A DNA stretch of 45,810 nt from NCBI GenBank assembly GCA_900320855.1, contig ONTV01000001.1, positions 1 to 45,810 of the forward strand, in the 5' to 3' direction. This document shows positions 8,551-18,900 of the stretch, one piece after another. Numbering within the stretch: the stretch's first letter is position 1; every line of letters starts with the position of its first letter. The DNA is from an uncultured Lentisphaerota bacterium. GTDB taxonomy: Bacteria > Verrucomicrobiota > Kiritimatiellia > RFP12 > UBA1067. A program made the translations under genes and the position numbers. Under the pieces are notes generated by a model. The model was not told the origin of the DNA and made no database searches. It worked only from the letters and a program-made list of their open reading frames with translations.

Positions 8551-9783
8551 ATGGGCATGAGCGAAGACGTCAAGGCATATGTCCGGGCGCGGGCGCAGCG
8601 CGCGCGCGCCGCCGCCGGCGAACTGGTGCGGCTTTCGGCGTGCGAGAAGAACGCCGCGCTGGAGCGGGTCGCCGCCGCGCTCGAATCGCGGCGCGGCGAG
8701 ATCGCGGCCGCGAACGCGTGCGACGTCGCGCAGGCGAAGGCGGCGGCACTCGCGGAGGCGCTGGTCGATCGTCTGACGCTGACCGAGTCGCGCTTCGACG
8801 CAATGGTCGCGGGCGTCCGCACGGTGGCGGCTCTCCCGGATCCCGTCGGCGAGACGCTGGACGTGCGGGAGCGTCCGAGCGGCATCACGATCCGCAAGGT
8901 GCGCGTGCCGTTCGGCGTCGTCGCGGTCGTGTTCGAGAGCCGTCCGAACGTCTTCGTCGATACGGCGGCGCTCTGCCTCAAGACGGGCAACGCCGTCGTC
9001 CTGCGCGGCGGCAAGGAGGCGATCGAAACGAACCGCGCGCTGGCGGCGGCCGTCCGGGACGGCCTGGGCGACTTGGCGGAGGCGGTGCAGTTCATCGACA
9101 TTCTCGACCATGCGGCCGTGACGGAGCTTGTGCGGGCCGTGGGACTCGTCGATGTCGCGATCCCGCGCGGCGGCGAGCGCCTGATCCGCGCGATGTGCGA
9201 GGCGGCGCTCGTGCCGGTGCTGAAGCACTACAAGGGCGTCTGCCACGTCTACGTGGACGACAAGGCCGATCTCGCGATGGCGCTGTCGATCCTCGACAAC
9301 GCGAAGACGCAGCGGCCCGGCGTCTGCAACGCGGCCGAATGCCTGCTCGTCCACGAACGGCTTGCGCCGATCTTCCTGCCGATGGTGCGGGCCTGGGCGG
9401 CGGACAAGGGGGTTTTGCTCCACGAGGGGACGGACGGCGACGCGGCGGTTGACTGGGAGCGGGAGTTCCTGGCGCTGGAGATGAACGTCGGCATCGTCCG
9501 GGACGTCCGCGCGGCGGTCGCGCACATCAACCGCTACGGGTCGCATCACTCCGACTGCATCGTCACGAACGATGCGGCGCGCGCGCGGGAGTTCCTGCGC
9601 GACGTCGATTCGGCGTGCGTCTACCACAACGTCTCGACGCGCTTCACGGACGGCGGCGAGTTCGGCATGGGCGCGGAGATCGGCATCTCGACGGACAAGC
9701 TGCACGCGCGCGGCCCGATGGGGCTGGAGGAGCTGACGACCTACAAGTACCTCGTCACGGGCGACGGGATCGTGAGAAAGTAG
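8551..9783 (+). CDS. proA: Gamma-glutamyl phosphate reductase
   Basis: ORF 8359..9783, trimmed to the ATG at 8551 just after the upstream stop. MGMSEDVKAYVRARAQ..., with the aldehyde dehydrogenase-like NAAECLLVHE and the HHSDCIVT ending typical of ProA. Confidence 0.9.
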   Translation: MGMSEDVKAYVRARAQRARAAAGELVRLSACEKNAALERVAAALESRRGEIAAANACDVAQAKAAALAEALVDRLTLTESRFDAMVAGVRTVAALPDPVGETLDVRERPSGITIRKVRVPFGVVAVVFESRPNVFVDTAALCLKTGNAVVLRGGKEAIETNRALAAAVRDGLGDLAEAVQFIDILDHAAVTELVRAVGLVDVAIPRGGERLIRAMCEAALVPVLKHYKGVCHVYVDDKADLAMALSILDNAKTQRPGVCNAAECLLVHERLAPIFLPMVRAWAADKGVLLHEGTDGDAAVDWEREFLALEMNVGIVRDVRAAVAHINRYGSHHSDCIVTNDAARAREFLRDVDSACVYHNVSTRFTDGGEFGMGAEIGISTDKLHARGPMGLEELTTYKYLVTGDGIVRK

Positions 9784-9811
9784 TAAGGAGAAAGGAGTAA
9801 GGAGTAAGTGA
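9784..9811 (+). repeat. Heptamer array TAAGGAG AAAGGAG TAAGGAG TAAGTGA (three tandem Shine-Dalgarno cores)
   Basis: Read directly between the proA stop (TAG 9781-9783) and the GTG start of the OMP gene (9808). Confidence 0.85.
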
Positions 9812-10326
9812 GGAAGGCCTCATTTTTTCTCGTGTCTCTCGTGACCCTCTCGTCCCTCGCGTCATTTCCGGCCGTTGCCGTCGATGATCCGTCGTCGGCC
9901 CCAGCTTACCTTGGCGCGGCGGGGACGCTGACGTTGCCGCAGGGCGGGTCGCGCCTGCGTCGGTTGGGCGGCGCGGCCGTGCGCGGTGGCGTCTACCTCT
10001 CCGACTTCTGGGCGGTCGAGGGCGACGTCGCGTGGCAGGAGAACGCGGCGGGGCTGGGCGTCGATGCGCTGGTGCACGTGCAGGCCTGGTCGGGCTATGG
10101 CGACCTCTTCGGCTATTCGGCGTTCGATCCGTTCGTCACGGCTGGGGCGCGCGGCTGGCTCGTCTCGGACGGCGACGGGCAGGTCGGGCCGCAGATGGGC
10201 CTGGGCGCGTTCTATCACCTTGACGACAACTGGTCGCTGCGGGCCGAGGCGAACGTGACGCTTGGCGTTGAGACGCGGGTCGAGGCGATCTACACGATTT
10301 CGGTTGGCGTTCAGTATGGCTTTTGA
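9808..10326 (+). CDS. Small outer-membrane beta-barrel protein (OmpW/OprF-N-like porin family)
   Basis: 172 aa. It has a signal peptide MRKASFFLVSLVTLSSLASFPAVA, alternating amphipathic strands, and a C-terminal ...VGVQYGF ending in an aromatic Phe. Confidence 0.7.
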   Translation: MRKASFFLVSLVTLSSLASFPAVAVDDPSSAPAYLGAAGTLTLPQGGSRLRRLGGAAVRGGVYLSDFWAVEGDVAWQENAAGLGVDALVHVQAWSGYGDLFGYSAFDPFVTAGARGWLVSDGDGQVGPQMGLGAFYHLDDNWSLRAEANVTLGVETRVEAIYTISVGVQYGF

Positions 10327-10368
10327 CGAGACTTTGGAAATTTCAAGACAAAGGAGCAAGCAAAGAAG

Positions 10369-11262
10369 ATGGCAGGCAAACTGATTGACGGCAAGGAACT
10401 GGCGAAGAACCTGCGCGGCGAGATCGCCGCCGGCGTGACGGATCTGAAGGCGAAGGGGGGCGTGACGCCCGGCCTCGCCGTCATCCTCGTGGGGGAGAAC
10501 CCCGCGAGCGTCTCGTACGTGACGGCGAAGGAGAAGGCGTGCGCCGAGGCGGGGATGTACTCGCGCGAGATCCGCCTGCCCGCGACGATCTCGGAGCAGG
10601 AGCTCCTGGACGAGATCGCGCATCTCAACGTCGATCCGGCGATTCACGGCATCCTCGTGCAGCTGCCGCTTCCGAAGGGCTTCGACGAGAAGAAGGTGAT
10701 CGACGCGATCGCGCCGGAGAAGGACGTGGACGGCTTCACGCCGGTCAACGTCGGCAAGATGCTCATCGGCGAGACGTGCTTCCTGCCCTGCACGCCGCAC
10801 GGCATCATCAAGCTCATCGAGTTCTCGGGGATGGACCTGCGCGGCAAGCACGCCGTCGTGATCGGCCGCTCGAACATCGTCGGCAAGCCGGTCGCCGTCC
10901 TCCTCGCGCGCAAGGAGACGAACGCGACCGTCACGCTCTGCCACACGGGCACGCCGGACGTCGCGGCGTTCACGCGCACGGCGGACGTCGTCGTCGTCGC
11001 GACGGGGCGGCCGAACACGCTGACGGGCGACATGCTCAAGCCGGGCGCGGTCGTCATCGACGTCGGCGTCAACCGCATTCCCGACGCGACGAAGCCGAAG
11101 GGCTTTCGCCTCGTCGGCGACGCGGACTTCGCGAGCTGCGCGGCCGTCGCCTCGGCGATTACGCCCGTGCCGGGCGGCGTCGGGCCGATGACGATCACGA
11201 TGCTGCTCTGGAACACGCTCGAAAGCGCGCGGCGGACGGTTGCGTTGCGCCGTGGCTTTTGA
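10369..11262 (+). CDS. folD: Bifunctional methylenetetrahydrofolate dehydrogenase/cyclohydrolase
   Basis: [19 protein letters not shown]..., [35 protein letters not shown]. Confidence 0.95.
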   Translation: MAGKLIDGKELAKNLRGEIAAGVTDLKAKGGVTPGLAVILVGENPASVSYVTAKEKACAEAGMYSREIRLPATISEQELLDEIAHLNVDPAIHGILVQLPLPKGFDEKKVIDAIAPEKDVDGFTPVNVGKMLIGETCFLPCTPHGIIKLIEFSGMDLRGKHAVVIGRSNIVGKPVAVLLARKETNATVTLCHTGTPDVAAFTRTADVVVVATGRPNTLTGDMLKPGAVVIDVGVNRIPDATKPKGFRLVGDADFASCAAVASAITPVPGGVGPMTITMLLWNTLESARRTVALRRGF

Positions 11263-11268
11263 TATAAT
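11257..11268 (+). promoter_or_regulatory. Promoter TTTTGATATAAT overlapping the folD stop codon
   Basis: The folD TGA (11260-11262) lies inside the motif. The secY ATG is 35 nt downstream and is preceded by AAAGGAG. Confidence 0.55.
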
Positions 11269-11302
11269 CACCCGAAATTTCAAAAAAGGAGAAAACGCAA
11301 TC

Positions 11303-12700
11303 ATGTCGATGACAAAGGGCTTTTCGAACGTGTTCCGCATTCCGGAGCTGCGCAAGAAAATTTTCATTACGCTTGGGCTGGTGTTCGTCTGCCGCCTCAT
11401 CTCGCAGATTCCGACGCCGGGCGTTGATTGGCGGACGCTTCAGACCGTCCTCGAGACGGCCAAGCAGAGTGCGGCGGGCGGCGGCCTTCTCGACTGGTTC
11501 GACGTCTTCACGGGCGGCGCGCTCGGGCAGTGCGCAATCGGCTTCCTCTCGATTTGGCCCTACATTTCAGCGCAGATCGTGATCCAGCTCCTCTCGTCCG
11601 TCATTCCGGCGCTTGAGAAGCTGAAGAAGGAGGGCGAGTCGGGCCGCCAGCAGCTTGCGCAGATCACGCGCTACCTTACGATCGTCCTCTGCGTCGTGCA
11701 GTCCTGGGGCATCGCGACGATGCTCAGCCATCCGGGCGCGCTCGGCCCGGCGTTCGCGGGCGTCGAGATCGTGGCGAATCCGGGCCTCGGCTTCCAGCTG
11801 ATGACCGTGATCGGCATGACGTCCGCCGCGCTCTTCGTGATGTGGCTGGCCGACCAGATCACGACCTTCGGCATCGGCAACGGCGCGTCGCTCATCATCA
11901 TGATCAACATCACCTCGCGTCTGCCGGAGGCCTTGATCCGCGCGTGGGAGCGCTACTTCGGCCTCGCGGGCGTCCAGGCGTCGGCCCCGATCGCCGAGCT
12001 GCCGATCGTCGTCCTGTTCTTCGTCCTCGTCGTCATGGGCACGGTCATGCTCACGCAGGGCGTCCGGAAGGTCGCGATCCACACGACGCGCCGCAGCGTG
12101 TCGGGCGGCAACACCTACGGGATGCAGCAGACGTTCATGCCGCTCCGGGTGAACTACACGGGCGTCATGCCGATCATCTTCGCCCAGCCGCTCCTCCAGA
12201 TTCCGAGCGCGATCCTCATGAAGTGCACAGACCCGACGTCGTCGGGGATTTCGGGCGCGCTGAACCGCTTCGCGCAGGATCTCTCGAACCCGACGCCGCT
12301 GCACATGATTGTCTATGCGGTGACGATTCTCTTCTTCGCGTTCTTCTGGGTGGCGACGCAGTTCAACGCGATCGACATCTCCGAGAACCTGAAGAAGGAC
12401 GGTTCGTACATCCCCGGCATCCGTCCGGGCCGCGCGACGGCCGAGTATCTCGACGACATGATGACGAAGATCACGCTGATCGGCGGTTCGGGCCTTCTCG
12501 TCGTCGCGCTCATCCCGATGATCCTCATGGGGTGGATGTCGATTCCGTGGGCGATTGCCTCGTTCTTCGGCGGCACGTCGCTCCTCATCATCGTCGGCGT
12601 CGCGCTTGACACGCTGCGTATCATGGAGTCGCATCTCCTCGTGCGCAAGTACGACGGCTTCCTCTCGCACGGCACGCTGCGCGGCCGCGGCGGGGTCTGA
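11303..12700 (+). CDS. secY: Preprotein translocase subunit SecY
   Basis: ORF 11240..12700, trimmed to the ATG at 11303 (MSMTKGFSNVFRIPELRKKIFITLG). It has a 10-TM pattern and GIGNGASLIIMINI. Confidence 0.95.
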   Translation: MSMTKGFSNVFRIPELRKKIFITLGLVFVCRLISQIPTPGVDWRTLQTVLETAKQSAAGGGLLDWFDVFTGGALGQCAIGFLSIWPYISAQIVIQLLSSVIPALEKLKKEGESGRQQLAQITRYLTIVLCVVQSWGIATMLSHPGALGPAFAGVEIVANPGLGFQLMTVIGMTSAALFVMWLADQITTFGIGNGASLIIMINITSRLPEALIRAWERYFGLAGVQASAPIAELPIVVLFFVLVVMGTVMLTQGVRKVAIHTTRRSVSGGNTYGMQQTFMPLRVNYTGVMPIIFAQPLLQIPSAILMKCTDPTSSGISGALNRFAQDLSNPTPLHMIVYAVTILFFAFFWVATQFNAIDISENLKKDGSYIPGIRPGRATAEYLDDMMTKITLIGGSGLLVVALIPMILMGWMSIPWAIASFFGGTSLLIIVGVALDTLRIMESHLLVRKYDGFLSHGTLRGRGGV

Positions 12701-13365
12701 TGTCCGGCGCCGCCCGCGCCGCGTCCGCGATGACCGCAAAGATCCTGGTTGTCGAAGACGACTTGACCATCCGCACGCTTCTCGGGATGGCGCTTCAGGG
12801 CGCGGGCTATCGGGATGTCCTCATGGCGGGTCGGGGTGACGACGGGTTCGCGACGGCGGCCCGCGAGCATCCCGACCTCGTGCTTTTGGACGTGATGCTG
12901 CCGGGGCTGGACGGCTTTTCAGTCGCGCGGCGGATTCGCGAGACGCCCGACTTGGCCGCGACGCGCATCGTCATGCTGACGGCGCGCACGGAGCCGGAGG
13001 ACATCTGCCGAGGTCTGGAGGCCGGCGCCGACGACTACGTGACGAAGCCCTTTGACCGACAGGTCCTGCTGGCGCGCGTCAAGGCCGTTCTCCGGCGCGG
13101 GCTCCCCGTCACGGAAGGCGTGGACCTGGACGGATTGACGATCGACGAGGCGGGCCGCCGCGCGACGTTGCGCGGCAAGGCGCTAGACCTTACGGGCGGC
13201 GAGTTCGATCTCCTGGTGCGGCTGGTCGCCCATCGCGGGCGCATCTTCGCGCGCTCGGCGGCCGAGCGCACGGTTGACGTGCAGGTTGCAAAGCTCCGCC
13301 AGAAGCTGGGCCCGTGGGCGAAGCACATCGAGACGGTGCGCGGCATCGGCTACCGCGTCGGCTGA
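12700..13365 (+). CDS. OmpR-family response regulator
   Basis: Receiver domain: KILVVEDD, LVLLDVMLPGLDG, DDYVTKPF. Winged helix: TVDVQVAKLRQKL..ETVRGIGYRVG. The start overlaps the secY stop (TGATG). An alternative start is the ATG at 12730. Confidence 0.9.
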   Translation: MSGAARAASAMTAKILVVEDDLTIRTLLGMALQGAGYRDVLMAGRGDDGFATAAREHPDLVLLDVMLPGLDGFSVARRIRETPDLAATRIVMLTARTEPEDICRGLEAGADDYVTKPFDRQVLLARVKAVLRRGLPVTEGVDLDGLTIDEAGRRATLRGKALDLTGGEFDLLVRLVAHRGRIFARSAAERTVDVQVAKLRQKLGPWAKHIETVRGIGYRVG

Positions 13366-13376
13366 GGGGGGGGGGG
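13366..13376 (+). repeat. G11 homopolymer between response regulator stop and kinase start
   Basis: Counted directly: TGA GGGGGGGGGGG ATGCCCATGAAA. Confidence 0.95.
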
Positions 13377-14558
13377 ATGCCCATGAAAGGCGATCGATGG
13401 GGCTGTGTCGGGCCGCTGCTCGCGGCGCTCGCGTTCCTCGCCGTGCTCGCGGCGTTCCTCTGGCAGCTTGTCGTCTACCAGCGTAACGTCCAGTCCTGGT
13501 CGGAACAGGAACTCCAGTCGCGGGCCGACCTCGCGGCAATCGTGCTCGCCGAACCCCTGCGCACGCTTGACTTCAAGGCCATCCAGGCCTTCGGCGACAA
13601 GTGCAAGGCGGACGGCCTTCGCCTTCGGATCTGCCACGGCGACCTCTTTTTCGTCTCGCCCCGAGAGGACAGGGACGGCTTTTACGACACGACGGGCGGA
13701 GCGGACGTCCCTTGCATCTTCAAGGTCACGAAATCGGGCAACTACCGAATTGGCGTCGGGCGTCCTTCGATTCACATGCTACTTCCGTTCCTAGGGGCCT
13801 TGACCGTCATCGTCCTTGCGGGGTTTTTGGGCGTCGCGGGCGTCATCGTCTTCTTCGTCGTGACCTGGCGGCAGCGGATGCGGATCCGCGCGCTCGCGAA
13901 GCTTGAGAAGTTCCGGCGCGAGTTCATCGCCGACATCTCGCACGAGATTAAGACGCCGCTCACCGGCATCCTCGGCGCGGCCGACCTGATGGACGCCCAT
14001 GATCCGCTCGCCGCGATGACCAAGAAGGAGGCCCGCCGGCTTCAGGCGCTTGTGCAGGAGATCCTGGACCTTGCGCGGCTGGAGCGCGACGGCGAGACCG
14101 TGCGCCTGGAGGAGGCCGACCTCGCCGATCTCGTGCGCGCGACGGTCGAGCGCCTTCAGCCCAAGGCCCGCACCGCCGGAGTCGACCTTGCGGTGGACGG
14201 GACGTCAGCCGCGTCTCTTCGGTGGGCGTGCGATCCGCAGCTTTTGGAGCAGGCGCTCACGAACCTGGTCGAGAACGCCCTCCGGCATTCCGGCTCGCCG
14301 ACCGTCCGCGTCTCGTGCGCGCGGATGGGGTCTGAGGCGCGGCTTGTCGTCGCGGACGCGGGGCGCGGCGTTCCGCCCGACGAGGCCGAGCGGATCTTCG
14401 AGCGGTTCCACCGGGTCGATTCGGCGCGGGCGGCGGAGACGGGCGGCGCGGGGCTGGGGCTGGCGATTGTCCGCCGCATCGCGCGTCTCCACGGCGGCGA
14501 CGTCGTCTGCGAGCCCGTCGTGCCGCATGGCGCGCGCTTTGTCCTGAGAATCAAGTGA
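13377..14558 (+). CDS. Sensor histidine kinase (HisKA + HATPase_c)
   Basis: ORF 13314..14558, trimmed to the ATG at 13377 (or 13383, MKGDRW). It has two TM segments, the H-box FIADISHEIKTPLTG, the N-box NLVENALRHS, and G-boxes DAGRGVP and GGAGLGLAIV. Confidence 0.9.
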   Translation: MPMKGDRWGCVGPLLAALAFLAVLAAFLWQLVVYQRNVQSWSEQELQSRADLAAIVLAEPLRTLDFKAIQAFGDKCKADGLRLRICHGDLFFVSPREDRDGFYDTTGGADVPCIFKVTKSGNYRIGVGRPSIHMLLPFLGALTVIVLAGFLGVAGVIVFFVVTWRQRMRIRALAKLEKFRREFIADISHEIKTPLTGILGAADLMDAHDPLAAMTKKEARRLQALVQEILDLARLERDGETVRLEEADLADLVRATVERLQPKARTAGVDLAVDGTSAASLRWACDPQLLEQALTNLVENALRHSGSPTVRVSCARMGSEARLVVADAGRGVPPDEAERIFERFHRVDSARAAETGGAGLGLAIVRRIARLHGGDVVCEPVVPHGARFVLRIK

Positions 14559-14614
14559 GAGCAAGTCTTTTGGGATGCGCGTGGACAAGAAAAAGGAAAG
14601 CGGAGGAAGAGGAG

Positions 14615-15289
14615 ATGAATGTGCGGATAGACGAATCGTGGAAGCGCGTCCTGGCGGACGAGTTCGAGAAGCCGTATTTTGCCACGCTCGTGTCGTTTGT
14701 CCGCACGGCCTACGCGAAGGGCGTCTGCTATCCGCCCGCGAAGTTCATCTTCAACGCCTTCGACCGCACGCCGTTCGACAAGGTGAAGGTCGTCATCCTC
14801 GGGCAGGACCCCTACCACAATCCGCGCCAGGCGCACGGACTTTCGTTCTCCGTGCCGAAGGGCGTCGCCCTGCCGCCGTCGCTCGTGAACATCTACAAGG
14901 AGCTTCAGGACGAGTTCGGCGGCGACTTCCTCTCGCGCGACGGCGACCTCACGGGCTGGGCCGAGCAGGGCGTCCTGCTCCTGAACGCGACGCTGACGGT
15001 CGCGGGCGGCGACTCGTCCATGGCCGGTTCGCACCAGGGGCGCGGGTGGGAGACGTTCACGGACGCCGTCGTGCGCAAGCTGGCCGAGGGGCGGAAGGGG
15101 CTCGTCTATCTCCTTTGGGGCTCCTACGCGCAGCGCAAGGCCGCGTTTGTCGATCGCGCGACGAGCCTTGTCCTCGCGACGGCGCACCCCTCGCCGCTTT
15201 CGGCCTATCGCGGCTTCTTCGGCTGCGGACACTTCAAGGCGTGCAACGACTACCTGGTGGCGCAGGGGAAGGAGCCGATCCAATGGTGA
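14615..15289 (+). CDS. ung: Uracil-DNA glycosylase family 1
   Basis: ORF 14555..15289, trimmed to the ATG at 14615. VKVVILGQDPYH, GLSFSV and HPSPLSA motifs are present. Confidence 0.93.
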   Translation: MNVRIDESWKRVLADEFEKPYFATLVSFVRTAYAKGVCYPPAKFIFNAFDRTPFDKVKVVILGQDPYHNPRQAHGLSFSVPKGVALPPSLVNIYKELQDEFGGDFLSRDGDLTGWAEQGVLLLNATLTVAGGDSSMAGSHQGRGWETFTDAVVRKLAEGRKGLVYLLWGSYAQRKAAFVDRATSLVLATAHPSPLSAYRGFFGCGHFKACNDYLVAQGKEPIQW

Positions 15290-15873
15290 GACGCGGGACG
15301 GCGGCCCTTGTTGCGCCCTATGCGGCCTGGATGGTGTTGATGACCGCGCTGCCGGCGACGGCGGCGATGTACGCCGTGCGTGGCGGCGTGACGGCGGCGC
15401 TCCTCCTGGTCGGCGGCGGGTTGGGGCTTTACCGTCCGACGGCGCGCACGCGGGCCGGTTGGCTGCGTGCGGCGGGCGTCGGCGTGCTGGCGGGGGTCGC
15501 GGTCTTCGCGGTCTGGATCGCGCCCGACGTCCTGTTCTCGTCCGCCGCGCCGTCTGGGCCCTCGCCCTACGCGCCGGAGGTCTGCGGCTGGGGTCTGACG
15601 CTGGCCAAGCTTGCGGCGAGCGCGTGCGTGATTCCGGTCGCGGAAGAGCTTTTCTTTCGGCGGTGGCTCGTCGATTTCGCGGGCTTCTGGTGGATGGTCG
15701 CCCTCTTTGCGGTCGAGCATGGCGAGCGGTGGCACGTCGGGGCGGTGACGGGCGTCGTCTACGGGCTTCTCGCGCGGCGGTTCGGACTGTTCGCGGCGAT
15801 TGTCGCGCATGCTGTCACGAACCTTGTCCTTGGCCTCTACGTCGTCCGTTGCGGCCAGTGGCAGTTCTGGTGA
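15283..15873 (+). CDS. CPBP (CAAX/Abi) family intramembrane glutamic endopeptidase
   Basis: This is the C-terminal part of ORF 14575..15873, from the ATG at 15283 (ATGGTGA overlap with the ung stop). It is polytopic and has the EELFFRRW and HAVTN motifs. Confidence 0.7.
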   Translation: MVRRGTAALVAPYAAWMVLMTALPATAAMYAVRGGVTAALLLVGGGLGLYRPTARTRAGWLRAAGVGVLAGVAVFAVWIAPDVLFSSAAPSGPSPYAPEVCGWGLTLAKLAASACVIPVAEELFFRRWLVDFAGFWWMVALFAVEHGERWHVGAVTGVVYGLLARRFGLFAAIVAHAVTNLVLGLYVVRCGQWQFW

Positions 15874-15906
15874 CTGTTTTTGCCGGTGGCGGTCGGCGTT
15901 GCGCAT

Positions 15907-15919
15907 CTTATGCTATAAT
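15907..15919 (+). promoter_or_regulatory. Promoter CTTATGCTATAAT
   Basis: Sits in the 85-nt gap upstream of the RND pump gene. Confidence 0.55.
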
Positions 15920-15958
15920 TCATCGATTTAAGAGAGACAGGGACAACCGAGAGATCCG

Positions 15959-18900
15959 ATGAAAAGCGTTTCCGAAATCTTCATCCGCCGTCCGAAGCTC
16001 GCGTGGGCGGCCATGATCGCCCTCACGCTCTGCGGGGCGATCTGCCTTTTCCGCACGCCGGTCGCCGAGTATCCGCAGATCGTGCCCGTGACGATCACCG
16101 TCTCGTGCACCTACACGGGCGCGAGCGCGACCGACCTCGACGCGTCCGTCGGGCAGATTCTGGAGGACGAGATCAACGGCGTCGAGGACATCTGGTACTA
16201 CAAGTCGTCGAAGTCGTCGAAGGGCCTCTACACCTGCTACTGCGTCTTCCGGCCGGGGACGCCCTCGAACGTCGCGCTCATGAACGTGCAGAACGCCGTC
16301 AAGCGCGCCGAGACGCGGCTGCCGACGGAGGTGACGCAGAACGGCATCACCGTCAAGAAGTCGCCCGAGGACCGCATGGTCATGTACTGCTTCGTCACGG
16401 ACGGCCGCGAGATGGACATCATGGAGCTCTCGAACTTCGTCGAGAAGCAGGTCGCCGACGCGATCTCCCGCGTCGAGGGCGTCGGCCAGGTCCAGACGTC
16501 CGGGCGCACGTACGCGATGCGCATCTGGCTCGACCCCGTGCGCCTCGCGGGCCTTGACCTCTCCATCGACGAGATCAAGGACGCGATCCTCGCGCAGAAC
16601 GTCCAGGCGGCTGCCGGCTCCGTGGGCGGCGAGTACGCGAACCGCTACCTCAACTTCAAGCTGAACGTGAAGGGCCGCCTCAAGACGAAGGAGGAGTTCG
16701 AGAACATCGTCATCCGCTCGAACCCGCAGACCGGCGCGCAGGTGCTCGTCAAGGACGTCGCGCGCGTCGAGCTCGGCTGCAAGGGCTACACGATCCGCAG
16801 CCGCTTCAACGACCAGCCGACCGTCTACTTCGAGGCGTACAAGGCGCCGGACGCGAACTCGGTCGAGACGGCCGCGCGCGTGAAGAAGGAGGTCGACAAG
16901 TGGATCTCGCGCCTGCCGAAGGGCGTCGAGGCCGTGCTGGTGGACGACTCGACGGCGTTCACGCTCGTCTTCCTGAAGGAGACGTTCAAGACGCTCGTGA
17001 TCGCGCTTCTCCTCGTCGTCGCGATCACGTACCTCTTCCTCCAGGACGCGCGCGCGACGTTCGTCCCGGCGATCGCGATCCCGATTTCGCTCCTGGCGAC
17101 GTTCGCCGTCCTCTACCCGCTCGGCTACACGCTGAACGTGCTGACGATGTTCGGCCTCATCCTCGTCATCGGCTCGCTCGTCGACGACGCGATCGTCGTC
17201 GTCGAGAGCTGCCAGTCGCTCATGCTCCGCGAAGGGCTGTCGGCGAAGGAGGCCGCGAAGAAGTCGATGTCGCAGATCACGGGCGCGATCATCGCGACGA
17301 CGCTCGTCACGCTCGCGTGCTACCTGCCGCTCGTCTTCTACTCGGGGATGGTCGGCATGATGTACGTGCAGTTCGCCGTGACGATGTGCGTCACGCTCTG
17401 CTTCTCGACGGTTGTCGCGCTCGTCCTCTCGCCCGTCCTCTGCGCCTACCTGCTCAAGCCGCCGCGCGAGAAGCCCGCGCGGGTCTTCGCGCCGTTCAAC
17501 TGGGCGATTGAGACGTTCCGCCGCGGCTACCTCCGCTTCGTCCTGTTCTTCATCCGCCACGCGCTCGTCACGCTCCTCCTCTTCGCGGCGTTCGCCGCCG
17601 CGCTCTGGTTCGTTTCCGGCAAGGTGCCGACGGCCTTCCTGCCGAAGGAGGACCGCGGCTACATCATGTTCAACGGGCGGCTCAGCGAAGGGCAGTCGCT
17701 GGAGCGCGCGATCGCCGTGTCGGACGCGATCTACGAGCGCATCCGCGAGATTCCCGGCGTCGTCTCCTGCACGCAGCGCTGCGGCTCGAACGGCATGTGG
17801 GGCTCGGGCGAGAACCTCTTCCAGATCTTCACGCGCCTTGAGCACTGGGACTGCCGCAAGACGGAGGAGAAGTCGATCGACACGGTGATGGCGCGCATCC
17901 GCGAGGTCATGGCGGACTTCCCGCAGGTCGACTACCTGCTCACGCAGCCGGCGGCGATCAAGGGCCTCGGCGGCAGCGCGGGCGTCGGCTTCAACTTCTG
18001 CTCGATCGAAGGCTGCGAGCCGGAGGAGCTCCTGGAGGCGGCGGACGCCTTCGTCCAGGCTCTCTCGACGAACGCGCTCGTCCAGGCGGCAAAGCACGGC
18101 TTCACCTGCTCGACGCCCCAGCTCGAGCTCAAGCTCGACCGCCAGAAGGTCGACGTCCTCGGCCTGACGCCGAAGAAGGTCTTCGCGGCCCTCCAGAACC
18201 AGCTCGCCTCCTACTACGTCAACGACTTCAACATCAAGGGCGGCGTCTACCAGGTCAAGCTCCAGAACGACCCGGACTTCCGCGTCGGCGTCGCCGACAT
18301 CGAGGCCGTGCGCATCCCGACGGCGGACGGATCGACCGTGCCGCTCGCCTCGCTCGGCACGATCGAGTACGTCGGCGGCACGCGCGAGACGATGAGCTAC
18401 AACAAGATGCTCGCGGCGTGGTGCGACGTCACGCCCGCGCCGGGCGTCTCCTCGTCGGACCTCATGCGCCTCATCGAGACGACGCCGAAGCCGAAGGGGT
18501 TTGACGTCGAGTGGGGCCCCGTCCAGTCGCAGGAGAAGGAGAACGAGGGGCGGCTCGCGATCCTGATGGCCTTCGCGCTCGTCTTCGCCTACCTCTTCCT
18601 CGTCGCGCAGTACGAGAGCTGGACGATTCCGATCTCCGTGATGCTCTCCGTCCTCTTCGCGCTCGTCGGCGCGTTCGCGGGCCTCTGGCTCACGAAGACC
18701 GACCTCTCGGTCTACGCGCAGCTCGGCTGCGTCATGCTGATCGGGCTTGCGGCGAAGAACGCGATCCTGATGGTCGAGTTCTCGAAGCAGGAGCGCGCGC
18801 GCGGCCTCTCGATCCTGACGTCGGCCTACAACGGCGCGAACCTCCGCTTCCGCGCCGTGCAGATGACGGCGTGGAGCTTCATCATCGGCGTCCTGCCGCT

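Noticed and set aside
14575-15282. N-terminal 236 codons of ORF 14575..15873.
   Set aside because: They overlap ung in a different frame and have Arg/Gly-rich composition. Only the hydrophobic C-terminal part from ATG 15283 looks like a real (CPBP) protein.
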